Assembly (NCBI RefSeq): GCF_009914755.1
Contig: NC_060947.1
Strand: one strand, 5' to 3'
Source: the human T2T-CHM13v2.0 reference genome, Homo sapiens
Length of the DNA stretch: 64,000 nucleotides
Positions 57,894-64,000 of this stretch are shown here, one piece after another. The notes beneath the pieces were generated by a model. It was not told the origin of the DNA, made no database searches, and saw nothing but the letters and a program-made list of their open reading frames with translations. Position 1 is the stretch's first letter; each line of letters begins with the position of its first letter. A program made the translations under genes and the position numbers.

Positions 57894-58105
57894 GCCTGAT
57901 CTCCGTGGAAGAATTTCGTGCCATGTGGAAACTTTTTAGTTCTCACTACAATGTTCACATTGATGATTCCCAAGTCAATAAGCTTGCCAACATAATGGAC
58001 TTGAACAAAGATGGAAGCATTGACTTTAATGAGTTTTTAAAGGCTTTCTATGTAGTGCATAGATATGAAGACTTGATGAAACCTGATGTCACCAACCTTG
58101 GCTAA
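57894..58105 (+). CDS. PPEF1: PPEF1 terminal coding exon J (EF-hands, stop codon)
   Basis: TTCTTTTAG acceptor; (G)LISVEEFRAMWKLFSSHYNVHIDDSQVNKLANIMDLNKDGSIDFNEFLKAFYVVHRYEDLMKPDVTNLG*; completes loop DTDHSGLISVEE and contains loop DLNKDGSIDFNE; TAA at 58103-58105. Confidence 0.97.
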
Positions 58106-58535
58106 ACACAAATGAGAGCTTCCCTCAGGCTCCCTGAAACAGCTAGGCCCAAATCACAAGTACAGTCCTTTCCAACACCCCTGAAATTCATAGTCAGTAG
58201 CAGAGAAAAGCAGATCCCAATTCATCCCACAAACAGATGCATAGTATGGGTTTTGGAAGTCCCTAGCAAGCTGTTATTGGTAAGATTAGGTTAAATGTCA
58301 GTAATAGGATTTGGTTTCAGCATTAGTACCTACATATTGCCAGTGAGAAACTGGGTTGGACCTAGTGGTGTTGTCGTGAGTGCCACCTAACCAGGAGGCC
58401 AGAGCGGTTTGAAAACATCCTGAAAGGAACTCATACAGCACAAGAGAAAACTACTAAGCTTGACATCTGTGAGTGACTGAGGGAGACAGGAGGAATACCA
58501 GGTTATTCATGGAATAAAGTCTTTCCATCTTTAAA
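58106..58535 (+). other. PPEF1: PPEF1 3' UTR (end approximate)
   Basis: Non-repetitive sequence between the stop codon and the AATAAA; cleavage site inferred ~15-25 nt after the signal. Confidence 0.75.
58513..58518 (+). terminator. Polyadenylation signal AATAAA
   Basis: First canonical hexamer after the stop, followed by a TG/T-rich downstream stretch (CTGTGATCTTCTTTGG). Confidence 0.8.
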
Positions 58536-58650
58536 CTGTGATCTTCTTTGGAGATTTTATAAGCCAGTGATCCTCAATTAAGGGATCCACCCTTCAGGGA
58601 TGAGAACCATATTGGATTCTTGGGGGGAATCTGTGGGAGTGTATTGTTTG

Positions 58651-58859
58651 AAAAAGCGTATTTGTGTGTGTGTGTATGTTGGAGATACAAAGTGAATACA
58701 CTTGGATTGAGCCCTATAATTAATATGGTTTGACACCTTCATTGGTAAGATGGGGCCTTGCTTATGCATACTGTTAAATGAAAATTGTAGGAGCCCATTG
58801 TTTTGGACTAAGCTCCTTCACCAGGCCCCAACAGACTAGACTAAAAGTCAAAATGGGGT
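58651..58859 (+). repeat. Direct repeat copy 2 (downstream of the poly(A) site; unique flank plus LTR 5' end)
   Basis: Matches 56483-56688 and continues into the full LTR. Confidence 0.95.
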
Positions 58860-59190
58860 CACCCATGCTGAGGTCCTGTGTCATCTCCGGCCAGCTTCAA
58901 TTGGCATAATAATGAAGTTCCCTCTGCCTTACAACAAAAATAACCTGATGTTAACCAATCAATTATTTGTTTATTGTTATTTCCCTGCTGTCTTACAAGG
59001 AAGGTAACTTTGAAACAACCAGTCTGCTTTTTGTCCTTTGGTTCTGCTTTCTTCAGTTTTTCTCTGTCTATAAAACCAACCTCCTCTGCTCAGCTTATCA
59101 GAACACTTTATTTTTACAGAAGGAAGTGTTGCCTGATTCTAGAATCACAAACAAAGCCAGTTAAGATCTTTAAATGTTATCTTTTGACCA
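58772..59190 (+). mobile_element. 5' LTR of an ERV1 (MER4-group-like) provirus; exact family uncertain
   Basis: Starts TGTTAAATGAAAATTGTAGGAG, TATAAAA at 59069, ends TTTTGACCA, immediately followed by a PBS-like TCTGGTGACCATAAAAGGGA. Confidence 0.7.
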
Positions 59191-63600
<4,410 letters not shown>

Positions 63601-63636
63601 GAAAAAAAAAAAAATCTTGATACCTATCAGTCATGG

Positions 63637-64000
63637 TGATACAGAAGGGCTGGGCTCCTGGCTAAACCCAACCCATAAGCCTGGAACCTTGGCCCTAAGT
63701 GAAAACAGCTGACCCCGTTTTTTTCCAGCCAAATGTTGCCGTTTTTGGCCTGCCCTGCCCCTATCCTTTGCCGATGAAAGACTTCAGCTGGCAGAGCAAC
63801 ACAAGTGGCTGAATGTCAAGGATACAAGCAGCTGAGTGGTGAGCAGAGAAGCAGTGCGCGTCAGAGACTATGGATAGACACGGCTAACTTCAGGCGGTGC
63901 GGCTTCGGAGAGGAGCCCAGCCAGAGACGGCCGGGCTTCAGGGAAAGATCACCCTCCCATCCCCTTTCCAGCCTCCCTTTCTGCTGAGAGCCACCCACCG
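63637..64000 (+). mobile_element. ERV1 LTR, LTR27-like, running off the window end
   Basis: Starts TGATACAGAAGGGCTGGGCTCCTGGCTAAACCC...GCCCTAAGTGAAAACAGCTGACCCCG; differs from the LTR at 58772. Confidence 0.55.

Noticed and set aside
63637-64000. 3' LTR partner of the provirus starting at 58772
   Set aside because: Sequence is unrelated to the 58772 LTR, so it is a separate insertion

Overview
Primate, almost certainly human, genomic DNA. It is very Alu/L1/LTR-rich and carries the 3' part of PPEF1 (serine/threonine protein phosphatase with EF-hands 1, RdgC/PP7 family; Xp22.13 in human) on the + strand. I reconstructed ten coding exons by hand (9633-9799, 12989-13025, 14522-14671, 19746-19898, 34516-34701, 37027-37169, 48660-48766, 54540-54703, 56368-56452, 57894-58105). 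They splice in frame to 1404 nt (467 aa plus stop) and encode most of the PPP catalytic domain (GDFVDRG, RGNHE, HGG, WSDP, RSHE, SASNY) and the C-terminal EF-hand region. An AATAAA follows at 58513. The N-terminal exons lie upstream of the window. Downstream of the gene is a decayed ERV1-class provirus with recognisable gag relics. Almost all ORFs in the supplied track are Alu/L1 artefacts. I found no evidence of a new biological system. The most notable observations are a GC-AG intron, a ~205-bp near-identical direct duplication bracketing the last exon, alternative splice sites in the catalytic domain, inverted Alus around skippable exons, and several nested or atypical retro-insertions. Repeat family names come from recalled consensus sequences and need RepeatMasker/Dfam confirmation. 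Repeat boundaries are approximate.
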